Numbered from the stretch's first letter, positions 1 through 10,910 are shown. The stretch: DNA of 64,000 nt from Myxococcota bacterium (GCA_041687695.1 JAWLBL010000016.1:1-64000); one strand, 5' to 3'. Notes: generated from the sequence alone by a model not told the origin. Numbers and translations are program-made.

Positions 1-215
1 CCATGCCGGATGACCTCCCCGAAACGAGATCTCCGCAGCATGATCCTCGCGGATGGCTCCGTCAACATCGGATTGCTACTTCTGCCGGGGTCATCTAGCG
101 TCACGGCGAGCCCCGGCAACCGCACCTTCGGGCGCTCCAGGCCATCCCCGGTCGCCGGCCCTCCGTCAGCCACGCGGTTGACGCTTCACCACGGCTTCCC
201 TATAAGCCCCCGACC

Positions 216-938
216 ATGCCGCCGACCCCGCCTCGCCTCAGCGTCGTCATCCCCGCGTACAACGAGGAGCGACGCCTCGGGCCCACCCTGCAGGCCCTCG
301 CGACCTGGTTGGACGCCGACGGGCGTTCGGCCGAGGTCTTGGTCGTCGACGACGGCTCGCGTGACGACACCACTGGCGTGGTCGAGCGCTTCGCCGCGAA
401 CGATGCGCGCTTTCGCCTGCTGCGCAACGGACGCAACCGCGGCAAGGGCTACAGCGTCGGCCACGGGGTCGCCGAGAGCCGCGGCGAGCGGGTCCTGTTC
501 TCGGACGCCGACCTGTCGACGCCGATCAGCGAGCTCCCCAAGCTCGAGGCCGCCCTCGAGCAGGCCGACATCGCCATCGGCTCGCGAGCGCTCGCCACCT
601 CGCAGCTGCAAAAGCGCCAGCCTCTGTATCGCGAGACCATGGGCCGCGCCTTCAACCTGATCGTGCGGGCGGTCGCCATCGGCGGCATCCACGACACGCA
701 GTGCGGCTTCAAGCTGTTCCAGGGCGAGGTCGCGCGACGGGTCTTCGCCGAGCGACGCATCGACGGCTTCGCGTTCGACGTCGAGATCCTCTACGTCGCG
801 CAGCGCCTGGGCTACCGCGTCGCCGAGGTCCCGGTGGTCTGGGTCAACGACGAGGCCTCGCGCGTCGACCCGGTCAAGCACTCGCTGGAGATGCTCCGCG
901 ACACGCTGAAGGTGCGCTTGATGCACCGCAAGCTGTAG
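216..938 (+). CDS. Glycosyltransferase family 2 (dolichyl/polyprenyl-phosphate glucosyl/mannosyltransferase-like)
   Basis: Motifs VVIPAYNEE, VVDDGS, NRGKG, FSDADLS and DTQCGFKLF. Confidence 0.9.
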   Translation: MPPTPPRLSVVIPAYNEERRLGPTLQALATWLDADGRSAEVLVVDDGSRDDTTGVVERFAANDARFRLLRNGRNRGKGYSVGHGVAESRGERVLFSDADLSTPISELPKLEAALEQADIAIGSRALATSQLQKRQPLYRETMGRAFNLIVRAVAIGGIHDTQCGFKLFQGEVARRVFAERRIDGFAFDVEILYVAQRLGYRVAEVPVVWVNDEASRVDPVKHSLEMLRDTLKVRLMHRKL

Positions 939-957
939 CCAAGCCGGGTCTGAACGG

Positions 958-2508
958 TCAGCGCAGCTTCCAGGCGCGCACCGGAGCGCCCATGGCCGTC
1001 GTCGCGCGGTCGGGGGCGCGGCCCTCGATCCGTTGGACCAGCGGGGCGACGCCCGGGTCGCGGTCACGCCCCACGACCACAAGCCAGTCCGCCGTCTCGA
1101 CCGGGCTGTAGGCCACGTCGATCTCGGCTTGGGTCCAGGCCAGGTCCAGCGCGTGCTCGCCCGGCCGTGGGCCCAGGTGGACGCGGGCGCCGGGCTGCTC
1201 GGCGGCCAACTCCGTCAGCAGCGCCAGCGGCAGCGGGTCGGCCGCCGTCATCCCGGCGCTGCGCGCGCGCAAGGACGGGGCGCCGGCCAGGGCCGCGACG
1301 GCGGGCCCGACCACGGCCACCGCCACGGCGGCGGCGACGGTGCGCGGCGACCATGGCAGGCGAGTCAACGCCCACCGGAACAAAGCCAACGCGCCTACCG
1401 CTGCCGTGGCCGCGGTAGGGACCCACACCATCGCCCACAGCGCCTTGCGCGCCCCGAACAGGCCGCCGTCGGCGCCGCCGACGACCAGCAGGGTGGCCAG
1501 GGTCAGGACGGGGAACCACCAGCCGGCGCGTCCGGCGCGCGCCGTGACGGCCACGCCGACGAGCCACGCGCCCAGCACGGTCAGCGGCGTCGCCGAGACC
1601 CACTGCACGAGGGCCGAGAAGGCCTGCGGGGCCCGGCCGCCCCCGCCCTGGGCGAAGCCGACGCCCGCCAGGCGCTGGTCGGGGGCCATGTGCCACCAGG
1701 TGTCGGTCAGCCACGCGGCCAGCTGCTTGCCGGTCTCGCTCCACAGGGCCGGCCACAGGGCGACCAGGACGATCAGACCGACGACGGGCGCGGCGTAGGT
1801 CGAGGCAGGGACCGAGGGCAGCCGCAGCGCGCCCGCGTCCGTCGACGGGGCCCCGGCCGGCGGGCGCGCGATGGCGACCGCCGCGAACATGGGCACCAGC
1901 AGGAACAGCGCGCCGGGGTGAACGGCCAGCGCCAGACCCCAGGCGATCCCAGGCAGCAGACCGCCGCCCTGGCCCGTCTCGAGGCGGCGCATGGCGGCGA
2001 TCAGGGCGGCGATGGCGAGCACGGCCCCGGCGGCGGCGCCGGCGCCCGCGGCTCCGTCGAGCGCGCCGGGCAGCAAGGCCAGCAAGGCGGCGGCGGCGAG
2101 GCCGGTCGGCGCGTCCTTGCGTGCGGCGGCCCACGCGAGCAGCGCGGCCCCCAGGGCGAAGGCGAAGGCCGCGCCCCAGCGGGTCCGCGCGTAGTTGGTC
2201 GAGGCTTCGGGGAGGACCATCACCGAGGTGGCGGCGATCCAGCGGGGCAGGGGCGCGTCCGACAGGCGGGCGCGGCGATCGGCGTCCCGACGCAGCGCGC
2301 CTCGCAGCGGGTGGTCGGGCGTGGCCTCGAAGCCGGCGCGGAGCCGCGCCTTGGTCCCGACCTCGCCATCCGCCGTCAGGTGGTCGGCCACGAGCACCCC
2401 GCCGGCCAGGGCGTCGAGCTCGGCCGCGGGCAGGGCCGCCGGCGGGCCCGACAGTCGCGCCAACACGAGCGCTGCCACGAACAGGATCCCCAGCTGCCAG
2501 GCCCTCAT
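958..2508 (-). CDS. Polytopic membrane protein, ArnT/PMT-like (GT-C) glycosyltransferase candidate
   Basis: Many hydrophobic segments; architecture like GT39/GT83 (PLPRWIA, LWPALW); GGAGGTG RBS upstream of the ATG. Confidence 0.6.
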   Translation of the reverse strand: MRAWQLGILFVAALVLARLSGPPAALPAAELDALAGGVLVADHLTADGEVGTKARLRAGFEATPDHPLRGALRRDADRRARLSDAPLPRWIAATSVMVLPEASTNYARTRWGAAFAFALGAALLAWAAARKDAPTGLAAAALLALLPGALDGAAGAGAAAGAVLAIAALIAAMRRLETGQGGGLLPGIAWGLALAVHPGALFLLVPMFAAVAIARPPAGAPSTDAGALRLPSVPASTYAAPVVGLIVLVALWPALWSETGKQLAAWLTDTWWHMAPDQRLAGVGFAQGGGGRAPQAFSALVQWVSATPLTVLGAWLVGVAVTARAGRAGWWFPVLTLATLLVVGGADGGLFGARKALWAMVWVPTAATAAVGALALFRWALTRLPWSPRTVAAAVAVAVVGPAVAALAGAPSLRARSAGMTAADPLPLALLTELAAEQPGARVHLGPRPGEHALDLAWTQAEIDVAYSPVETADWLVVVGRDRDPGVAPLVQRIEGRAPDRATTAMGAPVRAWKLR

Positions 2509-2880
2509 CTCACCTCCAGAGCGCGCCCTTATACGCGCACGCCGCCCGCCGATCCAGCGCCGGGCAGTCCGGCGCCAGGGTCATCGCAAAGTCCGTCGAG
2601 CGTTGCGCACAGCGAGCTGCGCGACCCACGAGCCCCAGCGAGCTGGGGCAGTCCGTCAAGAAGACTCGCCGCCACCGATCCACCTCGGAGTCCGACGACC
2701 GGACTGCACGAGCTCGCTCGTGCTCCGGCGTAGCGCGGCTCGCCGCGCTGAATGCGAGGCGTGGCGAGCCCATTGGCGACTTCGCGACCGCCCTGAGGCC
2801 GGCGCGCTCCGCCCGTGGCCGCGGCGATGGCGCATCGCACGTCCCGGGCGGAGGCGGCCTGGTCGGTCCTGTGGTGTAGA

Positions 2881-2909
2881 TTGACACGCCGCAGGGCGGG
2901 GGTTACTTT
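2881..2909 (+). promoter_or_regulatory. Sigma70-type promoter upstream of lipoprotein-rne-serS
   Basis: TTGACA-N17-TACTTT. Confidence 0.7.
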
Positions 2910-3098
2910 CGCGCCCTCGCCATGGCGGGCCCATTTCCTGGGGCTCGGGCATGGCGCCTGTCGATCGGCGCTCGCTCGCGGCTTCGTGCTCGGGTGGCGC
3001 CCAGACCGGTCGGGTGCCGCTTTGCAGATCACCACGCCTCTCCACTCCACCGTCGGACGGCCGTTCGGCCGGCTCGGTTGTGGCACGGGGGCGCGGGG

Positions 3099-3683
3099 AT
3101 GAAGGTCAGGCTACGGACGGGGCTCCTCCTGGTCGTGTGGCTCGCGCTCGCGGGCGGCTGCGGCGCGGAGGGTGTCTGTCCTACGGGCGCCTCGGGCGAT
3201 CCTTGCAGGGTGACGGCGGACGCCGGGGACGCGCCGGATGTTCCGGTCGCGCCGGACATCGCCACGACCGACGGCCTCGTCCTCGACACGAGCCTGCCCG
3301 ACGACGCCGCGACGGATGTCGCCGACGCGTCGGCCCCTGACGTGCTGCCAGACGTCCAGGACGACCTGGCCGCGGACGCCGCCGACACCGCGGCGCCCGA
3401 CGACTCCGAAACGAACGAAGACACTACCGAAGACACGCTGGACGCGGCAGGCGACGCCTCCGATCCCGACGCTACGACCGACGCAGACGCCGAGGACGCA
3501 GCCGACGGGGTCGACGACGTGGCAGAGCCCGACGCGGCCGACACGAACACAGGGGAGGACGCCGTAGGCGAAGACGCCTCGGCCGACCAGGCGCATCGCT
3601 CCAACCACCCAGGCGAGGCTCCACGCGCGCTCGATGCCCTCGAGGCAGGCGACGCGGCGGCGGGGCTCGGCGGGGTAGCCTGA
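3099..3683 (+). CDS. Putative lipoprotein with acidic low-complexity tail
   Basis: MKVRLRTGLLLVVWLALAGGC lipobox-like signal followed by an Asp/Ala-rich region. Confidence 0.6.
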   Translation: MKVRLRTGLLLVVWLALAGGCGAEGVCPTGASGDPCRVTADAGDAPDVPVAPDIATTDGLVLDTSLPDDAATDVADASAPDVLPDVQDDLAADAADTAAPDDSETNEDTTEDTLDAAGDASDPDATTDADAEDAADGVDDVAEPDAADTNTGEDAVGEDASADQAHRSNHPGEAPRALDALEAGDAAAGLGGVA

Positions 3684-3771
3684 GCGAGGGCGTGGCGGTC
3701 GGCGCGTCCGACCCCACGCGCGCCATGCCAGCCGAACGTCACCGCCTCCGGGCTCCCACCGGAGACAGTGC

Positions 3772-6675
3772 ATGGGCGAGAAGCTTCTCATCAACGTGGC
3801 GGTCGAGGAGACCCGCGTTGCGCTCGTCGAGTCGGGGGTGCTCAGCAACCTCGAGATCGACACGGCCAACCTCGAGAACGCCAAGGGCAACATCTACAAG
3901 GGTGTCGTCCACAGGGTGAACCAGAGCCTGCAGGCGGCGTTCGTCGATTACGGCGCCGACAAACAAGGGTTCCTGCCGCTCAGCGAGATCCACACCAACT
4001 ACTACCCCAAGCATCTGCGCGGGCAGAAGGTGCCGATCCAGGAGGTCCTGCAGAACGGGCAGGAGCTCATGGTGCAGGTGGTCAAGGACGAGATCGGCAA
4101 CAAGGGCGCGAGCCTGTCGACCTTCATCTCGCTGCCGGGCCGGTACCTCGTGCTGATGGCCGAGTCGGACAAGACCGGCATCTCCCGGCGTCTGCCGTCC
4201 GACGAGCGGCAGCGGCTCAAGGAGATCATCGACGACCTCGAGGTGCCCGACGGCTTCGGCCTCATCATCCGCACGGCGGGCGTCGAGCGCGACAAGGAGG
4301 AGCTGGCACAGGATCTCGAGTACCTGCGGCGCCTGTGGAGCAACCTCGAGGAGCGCTTTCGGGCGCAGCGACAGCCCGGGCTCATCCATCAGGAGCGCAG
4401 CATCGCCCTGCGCTTCATCCGCGACTACGCGACGACGGATCTCGAGGAGATCGTCGTCGACGACCGCGAGACCTTCGAGGAGATCCGGGACTTCTGCACG
4501 GTCCTGATGCCCGAGATGCGGACGCGCGTCCGGTTCTATGACGACCTGACGCCGCTGTTCTCGCGGTATCAGGTCGAGGATCAGATCGACGACATCTTCG
4601 CGCGGCGCATCGATCTGCCGTCGGGCGGCTATGTCGTCATCGACCAGACCGAGGCGCTGGTCTCCATCGACGTCAACTCGGGTCGCGTCAAGACGAGCGA
4701 CATCGAGGACACCGCGCTGACGACCAACCTCGAGGCGGCCGCCGAGATCGCGCGTCAGCTGAAGATCCGCGACCTGGGCGGGCTGGTCGTCGTCGACTTC
4801 ATCGACATGCGCGACAAGCAGAACATCCGAGCGGTCGAGCAGGCCGCCAAGGACGCCTTCGCCAACGACAAGGCGAAGGTGAAGTTCACGCGCATCAGCG
4901 ACTTCGGCCTGATGGAGATCAGCCGGCAGCGGCTCAAGAGCTCCATCACGATGGGCAGCTTCCACTCGTGCCGCGAGTGCGGCGGCACCGGTAAGGTGCG
5001 CTCGGTCGAGTCTAGCGCGCTGTACCTGCTCCGCCGCATCAAGGAGACCGTGCTGCGGGCGGCCTACCTGCACGTGTCGGCCAAGATGCCGGTCGAGATC
5101 GCCAACTACCTGCTCAACCGCAAGCGGCGCGAGCTGCTGGACCTCGAGGCGCAGTCGCAGGCGACCATCGAGATCCGCGGCACGCCCGAGTGCCCGCCCA
5201 TGCGCGCCTACGTCGAGCTGCTGACGTCGCCGGGGCGCGGCAAGAAGCCGCGGCGGATGCTGCAGACCTTCGATCTGGTGCGCAGCGACGTCGAAAAGCG
5301 CGAGCTGGCCGAGACCGAGGACGCCATCCTCGAGGCAGCCGAGGCGCGCGGCGTGAACCTGAGCAGCGAGGACTACGACAAGCTGTACCGGAAGATCGAG
5401 GCCGAGATGGCCCGCGAGGTCGAGGAGCGCGCCAAGGGGCGCGAGGCCGAGATCAAGCTGCGCGCCGAGCGGGCGGCGGCCGCGGCGGCGGCGGCCCAGG
5501 GCGAGGTCACCGCGGTCGTGGTGGACGACGAGCAGACCCCGGTGAAGGTCCGCAAGGGCTTCGTCGCGTGGCTGCGACGCTTCTTCTGGTTCGGCGGCGA
5601 GGAGGAGGGCGCGATGCGGTCGGCCGGGCCGCAGGCGTCGGTCCCGGCGCTCCCGGCGCCGCCGTCCAAGCGGGTCAAGGCGCGCAACCAGGGCAACGTG
5701 CGGTCGCGGCCGCTCAAGGCCAACGAGGTGGGCGAGGGCGGCGAGCGGGGCGAGGGCGGCGAGCGCGGAGAGCGCGGTGAGCGCGGCCCCAGCGAGCGGC
5801 GCGAGCGACGGGAGCGGCGCGAGCGGGTCGAGGGCGGAGAGGCGCGAGAGGCCCGCGGCGGCCGCGAGGGCGGCGGACGGGGCCCCGGCGGTGGCGAGGG
5901 GCGCGAGGATCGCGAGCGACGCGGCCGCAAGCGGCGGACCCGAGCCGGACGCGAGGAGCGCGACCAGGAGGTCGCGGGCGCCGAGGGCGGCGAGCCGGCG
6001 GTCGAGAGCGGCCCGCGTGAGGGGCAGGAGCGGCGCGTGGCGGCCGCGGCGGCCGAGGAAGAGGGCGTCGAGGCGCGTGGCCCCGAGGGGGGCGAGGGCG
6101 CGGCGGGCGAGGGCGGCGACGAGGACGGTCGCAAGAAGCGTCGGCGTCGGCGTCGGCGAGGGCGCCGCGGCGAGGGCGAGGGCGATCAGAGCGCCCAGGG
6201 CTCCGAGGACGGCGACGAGAGCGATGACGGCGAGGACGGCGACGAGGAGCCGGCCGAGCGGCCGGTCCGCGCTCCGCGAGCCCCTGCCGCGGCGGCTTCG
6301 GAGCGCGCCGAGCCCGAGCCGGCTCGGGCGGCGGCCGATGGGGCCACGGCCCCGAACGTGCCGACGCCCAAGCCGATCATCCCGAGGGCCGGTGGCGTCA
6401 TCGACCTGCGCGGTGGCGGGGCTCCCAAGCCTTTGGCCGAGCGACGTGCGCCCGAGCCGGCGGCGACCGAAGCGGCCACCGCGGACGGTGATGGCGCGGC
6501 GAGCGGGTCGAACGGCACCCCGGCGCGGCGTCCCGCGGCGCCGCGGCCGAGGCCTGAGGGGGACGGTTCCAAGGCGGGCGGCAACGGCGCCGAGCCCTCC
6601 AACGCCGTCCCGGTCAACGGCAGCGGAGCGACCGAAGACGCGTCGCCGGACCTGCAGGCGCGAGCCGAGGAGTAG
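3772..6675 (+). CDS. rne: Ribonuclease E (Rne/Rng family)
   Basis: GNIYKG S1 domain, IDVNSG, DLGGLVVVDFIDM, CRECGGTG Zn-link, amphipathic KGFVAWLRRFFWF helix, long Arg/Glu-rich disordered C-terminus. Confidence 0.93.
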   Translation: MGEKLLINVAVEETRVALVESGVLSNLEIDTANLENAKGNIYKGVVHRVNQSLQAAFVDYGADKQGFLPLSEIHTNYYPKHLRGQKVPIQEVLQNGQELMVQVVKDEIGNKGASLSTFISLPGRYLVLMAESDKTGISRRLPSDERQRLKEIIDDLEVPDGFGLIIRTAGVERDKEELAQDLEYLRRLWSNLEERFRAQRQPGLIHQERSIALRFIRDYATTDLEEIVVDDRETFEEIRDFCTVLMPEMRTRVRFYDDLTPLFSRYQVEDQIDDIFARRIDLPSGGYVVIDQTEALVSIDVNSGRVKTSDIEDTALTTNLEAAAEIARQLKIRDLGGLVVVDFIDMRDKQNIRAVEQAAKDAFANDKAKVKFTRISDFGLMEISRQRLKSSITMGSFHSCRECGGTGKVRSVESSALYLLRRIKETVLRAAYLHVSAKMPVEIANYLLNRKRRELLDLEAQSQATIEIRGTPECPPMRAYVELLTSPGRGKKPRRMLQTFDLVRSDVEKRELAETEDAILEAAEARGVNLSSEDYDKLYRKIEAEMAREVEERAKGREAEIKLRAERAAAAAAAAQGEVTAVVVDDEQTPVKVRKGFVAWLRRFFWFGGEEEGAMRSAGPQASVPALPAPPSKRVKARNQGNVRSRPLKANEVGEGGERGEGGERGERGERGPSERRERRERRERVEGGEAREARGGREGGGRGPGGGEGREDRERRGRKRRTRAGREERDQEVAGAEGGEPAVESGPREGQERRVAAAAAEEEGVEARGPEGGEGAAGEGGDEDGRKKRRRRRRRGRRGEGEGDQSAQGSEDGDESDDGEDGDEEPAERPVRAPRAPAAAASERAEPEPARAAADGATAPNVPTPKPIIPRAGGVIDLRGGGAPKPLAERRAPEPAATEAATADGDGAASGSNGTPARRPAAPRPRPEGDGSKAGGNGAEPSNAVPVNGSGATEDASPDLQARAEE

Positions 6676-6678
6676 GTC

Positions 6679-7956
6679 ATGCTGGACATCAAGGCCATCC
6701 TGGACGACCCCGAGGCGACCCGCGCGGCGCTAGCGCGGCGCGGACAGAGCGGCGCCGCGACGCAGGCCATCGACGAGCTGCTGCAGATCGCCGAGCAGCG
6801 GCGCGAGGCCGTGACCCGCCACAGCGAGCTGCGCCACCAGCAAAAGGAGCTGTCGGCGGCGTTCGGCAAGGGTGGCCCCGACCCCGAGGCGCGCGAGCGC
6901 CTCAAGGCGATGTCGGGCGAGGTCAAGGAGCTCGACGCGCGCGTCAAGGCGCTGGACGAGGCGCTCGAGAAGGCCCTGCTGTACGTTCCCAACGTGCCGC
7001 ACCCGTCGGTGCCGGACGGCGCGTCGGCCGACGAGAACGTGGTCGTGCGCACCTGGGGCGAGCCGCGGACCTTCGACTTCGAGCCGCTCGAGCACGACGT
7101 GCTGGGCGAGCGGCTGGGGCTGCTCGACTTCGAGGCGGCGCGCAAGATCAGCGGGGCGCGGTTCGCGCTGTACCGCGGCCACGGGGCGCGGCTCGAGCGG
7201 GCGCTGGCGGCGTTCATGCTCGATCTCCACACCGGTCGTCACGGCTACGACGAGATCCTGCCGCCCGTCCTGGTCACCCGCCAGACGATGACGGGCACGG
7301 GGCAGCTGCCCAAGTTCGAGGACGAGGCCTTCCGGACCGACCCGGACGACCTGTTCCTCATCCCGACCTCCGAGGTGCCGGTCACCAACGTGCACCGAGA
7401 GGAGATCCTGGACGGCGATCGCCTGCCCATCCGCTACTGCGCCTACAGCCCGTGTTTCCGCCGCGAGGCGGGCTCGTATGGTCGCGATACGCGCGGGTTG
7501 ACGCGCCTGCATCAGTTCCAGAAGGTCGAGCTGGTCCACTTCGTACGCGCCGAGGACTCGCTGGACGCGCTCGAGGCGATGACCGGCCACGCCGAGGCGG
7601 TCCTCGAGGCCCTGGGCCTGCCCTACCGCCGGATGGCGCTCTGCGCGGGCGATCTGGGCGCCAACTCGCACAAGACCTACGACCTCGAGGTCTGGCTCGC
7701 TGGCCAGAAGCAGTGGCGAGAGATCTCGTCGTGCTCGACCATGGGCGACTTCCAGGCCCGCCGCGCGCAGATCCGCTACCGCCCGGCGCCGGGCGACAAG
7801 CCGCGCTTCGCGCACACGCTGAACGGCAGCGGGCTGGCCGTCGGACGCACCTTCATGGCGCTCATCGAGTACTACCAGCGCGCCGACGGCGGCGTGGACC
7901 TGCCCGAGGTCCTGTGGCCCTACATGGGCGGCGTCCGCAGCCTCGACCCGAAGTAG
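6679..7956 (+). CDS. serS: Seryl-tRNA synthetase
   Basis: MLDIK start, coiled-coil arm, [39 protein letters not shown]. Confidence 0.97.
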   Translation: MLDIKAILDDPEATRAALARRGQSGAATQAIDELLQIAEQRREAVTRHSELRHQQKELSAAFGKGGPDPEARERLKAMSGEVKELDARVKALDEALEKALLYVPNVPHPSVPDGASADENVVVRTWGEPRTFDFEPLEHDVLGERLGLLDFEAARKISGARFALYRGHGARLERALAAFMLDLHTGRHGYDEILPPVLVTRQTMTGTGQLPKFEDEAFRTDPDDLFLIPTSEVPVTNVHREEILDGDRLPIRYCAYSPCFRREAGSYGRDTRGLTRLHQFQKVELVHFVRAEDSLDALEAMTGHAEAVLEALGLPYRRMALCAGDLGANSHKTYDLEVWLAGQKQWREISSCSTMGDFQARRAQIRYRPAPGDKPRFAHTLNGSGLAVGRTFMALIEYYQRADGGVDLPEVLWPYMGGVRSLDPK

Positions 7957-7960
7957 TCGC

Positions 7961-8566
7961 TCAGACCTCGAGCTCGCGCCGGCCCTTGAGCGCCCGCGCG
8001 AGCGTGTTCTGGTCGATGTACTCGAGGTCCCCGCCCATCGGGACGCCCGTGGCGATGCGGCTGATCCGCGCGCCGCTGCCAGCGAGGCGCCGCGCCAGGT
8101 ACAGCGCCGTGGCCTCGCCCTCGACGTCGGTGCTGGTCGCGACGATGACCTCGGTCACCGGCCCCTCGGCCAGGCGCGGCTCGAGGTTGGACAGGCGCAG
8201 CTGGTCGGGGCCGACGCCCTTGAGCGGCGACAGGACGCCGTGCAGGACGTGATAGAGGCCGCGGTAGGCGCCTGTGCGCTCGAAGGCCATGAGGTCCTGC
8301 ACCGACTCGACGACGCACATCAGCGATCGATCGCGGCCCGGATCGGTGCAGACGCCGCACAGCTCGGTCTCGCTGAGCATGTGGCAGGCCGCGCAGAAGC
8401 GAACATGCTTGGCCACGTCGTCCAGGGCCTGGCCCAGGCCGGCGGCGTAGGCGGTCGGCTGCGAGACGATGAACAGCGCGAGGCGCGTCGCCGAGCGCTC
8501 GCCGATACCCGGCAGCCGCGACAGCAGCGCGATCAGCTTGTCGAGGGCTGCCGGCAGGGCGCTCAC
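7961..8566 (-). CDS. recR: Recombination mediator RecR
   Basis: LPGIGERSATR HhH motif, C4 zinc finger, Toprim (CVVE, YHVLHG, DVEGEATA). Confidence 0.96.
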   Translation of the reverse strand: MSALPAALDKLIALLSRLPGIGERSATRLALFIVSQPTAYAAGLGQALDDVAKHVRFCAACHMLSETELCGVCTDPGRDRSLMCVVESVQDLMAFERTGAYRGLYHVLHGVLSPLKGVGPDQLRLSNLEPRLAEGPVTEVIVATSTDVEGEATALYLARRLAGSGARISRIATGVPMGGDLEYIDQNTLARALKGRRELEV

Positions 8567-8574
8567 GTCGCCTC

Positions 8575-8919
8575 CTAGAACTTCAGACCGCCCATCTCGA
8601 GCATCTTGGCCAGCGGGCCCAGCTCGTCGGTCATCGCCTGCTGCGCCTTGCGGATGGCGTCGTTGGCGGCCGCCGTGATGAGGTCCTGCAGCATCTCGGC
8701 CTCGGACGCCACGATGACCGACTTGTCGAGCTCGACGCGCACGATCTCGGGTCGCCCGTTGGCGATGACCTTGACCAGCCCGCCGGCGGCTTCGCCGGTG
8801 ACCTCCCGGTTCTTGGCCCGCTCCTGGGCCTCCTTGACCTGCTCCTGCATGCGCCGGGCCTGCTCGAGCATCTGCTGCAGGCCCGCGCCGCCCTGTCCGA
8901 AAAGATCCTCGATGCCCAT
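8575..8919 (-). CDS. ybaB: Nucleoid-associated protein YbaB/EbfC
   Basis: QARRMQEQ...GEAAGGLVKV...EMLQDLITAAANDA; located between dnaX and recR. Confidence 0.93.
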   Translation of the reverse strand: MGIEDLFGQGGAGLQQMLEQARRMQEQVKEAQERAKNREVTGEAAGGLVKVIANGRPEIVRVELDKSVIVASEAEMLQDLITAAANDAIRKAQQAMTDELGPLAKMLEMGGLKF

Positions 8920-8924
8920 CGGCG

Positions 8925-10910
8925 CTACTCCTCGTCGAAGACGTTGATGTGGGTCAGCGTACCACCGAAGCGCTCGATGACCTGCTTGACCGTCGGGTGA
9001 TCCTCGACCGTTCGGCGTCGCTCCTCGAGCTTGTCCTGGTGGCGTCGCTGGCGCAGCTGATAGGGGCTGGTCTCGGCGCGATCGATGGCCTCGACTTCGA
9101 CCGTGGCGGCCGTGAGCCCGACCTCGGGCCCGTGGGTGGCCAACGCCTTGCGCAGATCGGCCAGCTGGTCGGTCGCGCGCTGGGCCTTGAGACCCCGGGC
9201 GAAGCCGACCCGGAGGCAGCCGTCGGCCACGCTCAGCAGCTGCCCGTGATCGAGCGTGCCGGCCAGCTTCGGCGCCGCCTCGCGCACCCGATCGACGAAG
9301 GCCTCCCAGCGGCCGGCGTCGGCCGGAGAGGCCGGGGAGGGCGGCGGCGCCCCGGTCGCATCCTCGGCGCGCTGTGCCGGCGCCTCGGCCGCGGGCTGGG
9401 GCTCGGGCTCGGCCCCGACCTCGGTCTCGGGCTTGGCCTCGGGCGCGGCCACCGCCTCGGGCTTGGCCTCGTGCGCGGCCACCGCCTCGGGCTTGGCCTC
9501 GGGCGCGGCCACCGCTTCGGGCTTGGTCTCGTGCGCGGCCATGGCCGCGGGCTGCGGCTGCGGCTCCGGCGCGAGCGCGACGGCCGTGGCGGCGGCGGCC
9601 GACACCATGCGCGGCGTCGCAGGCGCTGCCGGCGCGGCTCGCGCGGTGGGCGCCGGCGTCGCGGTGTGGCTCGGTTGGCTGGGCGCGTGGGCGGAGCGCG
9701 TCATGCCTCCGCCGCCGCCACCCGAGGGCCCCGGACCGGGCGGAGGCAGCGGCGCGCCGGACTCGAGGTGACGTTCGATGGCCTCGAGCCGCGCCAGCAG
9801 CCGGTCGATGGGCTGCAGCGGGCGCAGCTGGCACATGCGGACGACCGCCATCTCGAGCTCGAGGCGCGGGAAGCTGGCCTGGGTCAACCGCTCGGCCGTG
9901 CGCACCGCCACGTTCAGCAGGCGCTGCAGGTCCTCGGGCGCGTGGGCGCGCGCGATCTCCATCAGGACGGCGCGCTCCTCGTCGGCCAGGTCGGTCAGGG
10001 CCCCGCCCGCCTCGCCGGCGACCCCCAGCACGATGATGTCGCGCAGGTAGTGCACGAGATCATTGGTGAACTGCTTGAGGTCGGTGCCGAACTCGAAGAC
10101 GCCCTGCACGATGGCCAGGGCTTCGGGGCCGTCGCGGCGCAGCATCGCGCCCACGAGGTCCCGCAGCCAGGTGCGATCGGCGGCGCCCAGGACCTCGGCG
10201 ACCTGCTCGTAGGAGGCCTCGGCGCCGCAGAAGCTGATGATGCGGTCGAGCAGGCTCAGCGCGTCGCGCATCGAGCCTTCGCTCTCGCGCGCGACCAGGC
10301 GGAGGCCGCCCTCGGCGATGGTGATGCCCTCGGCGCTCAGGATCTCGGCCAGGCGCGCGACCATGACCTGCTGCGGGATGCGCTTGAAGTCGAAGCGCTG
10401 GCAGCGCGAGAGGATGGTGACCGGGATCTTCTGCGGCTCGGTGGTCGCGAAGATGAACTTCACGTGCGACGGAGGCTCTTCGAGCGTCTTGAGGAGGGCG
10501 TTGAAGGCCTCCGTCGTCAGCATGTGGACTTCGTCGATGATGTAGATCTTGTAGCGGTCCCGCTGCGGCGCGTAGGCGATGCCCTCGCGCAGCTCCCGGA
10601 TCTCCCCGATGCCGCGGTTGGACGCGCCGTCGATCTCGAGCACGTCGACCGCGCGGCCCTTGGCGATCTCGACGCAGGCGTCGCACTGCCCGCATGGGTT
10701 GCCGGTCGGCCCCTGAGCGCAGTTGAGCGCACGCGCGAACACGCGCGCCGCCGTGGTCTTGCCGACGCCGCGGGCGCCACAGAACAGGAAGGCGTGGTGC
10801 ACGCGATCTTGCTCGATGGCGTTGGTCAGCGTCCGCGTGACGTGCTCCTGGCCGGTGATGGCCTCGAAGTCCTGGGGCCGCCACTTGCGTGCAAGGACGA
10901 GATAACTCAT
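8925..10910 (-). CDS. dnaX: DNA polymerase III subunit gamma/tau
   Basis: MSYLVLARKWRPQ, GARGVGKTT, IIDEVHML, LKTLEEPP, TILSRCQ. Confidence 0.97.
   Translation of the reverse strand: MSYLVLARKWRPQDFEAITGQEHVTRTLTNAIEQDRVHHAFLFCGARGVGKTTAARVFARALNCAQGPTGNPCGQCDACVEIAKGRAVDVLEIDGASNRGIGEIRELREGIAYAPQRDRYKIYIIDEVHMLTTEAFNALLKTLEEPPSHVKFIFATTEPQKIPVTILSRCQRFDFKRIPQQVMVARLAEILSAEGITIAEGGLRLVARESEGSMRDALSLLDRIISFCGAEASYEQVAEVLGAADRTWLRDLVGAMLRRDGPEALAIVQGVFEFGTDLKQFTNDLVHYLRDIIVLGVAGEAGGALTDLADEERAVLMEIARAHAPEDLQRLLNVAVRTAERLTQASFPRLELEMAVVRMCQLRPLQPIDRLLARLEAIERHLESGAPLPPPGPGPSGGGGGGMTRSAHAPSQPSHTATPAPTARAAPAAPATPRMVSAAAATAVALAPEPQPQPAAMAAHETKPEAVAAPEAKPEAVAAHEAKPEAVAAPEAKPETEVGAEPEPQPAAEAPAQRAEDATGAPPPSPASPADAGRWEAFVDRVREAAPKLAGTLDHGQLLSVADGCLRVGFARGLKAQRATDQLADLRKALATHGPEVGLTAATVEVEAIDRAETSPYQLRQRRHQDKLEERRRTVEDHPTVKQVIERFGGTLTHINVFDEE
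9427..9541 (-). repeat. About four copies of a 30-bp tandem repeat in the dnaX linker (EAKPEAVAAP/H)
   Basis: tcgggcttggcctcg(g/t)gcgcggccaccgc repeated in tandem. Confidence 0.85.

Noticed and set aside
2510..2887. 125-aa minus-strand ORF
   Set aside because: No recognisable motif, atypical composition and overlap with promoter elements; probably non-coding.
8925..10910. Programmed -1 frameshift in dnaX giving the gamma subunit
   Set aside because: No A-AAA-AAG-type slippery run seen in the gene.
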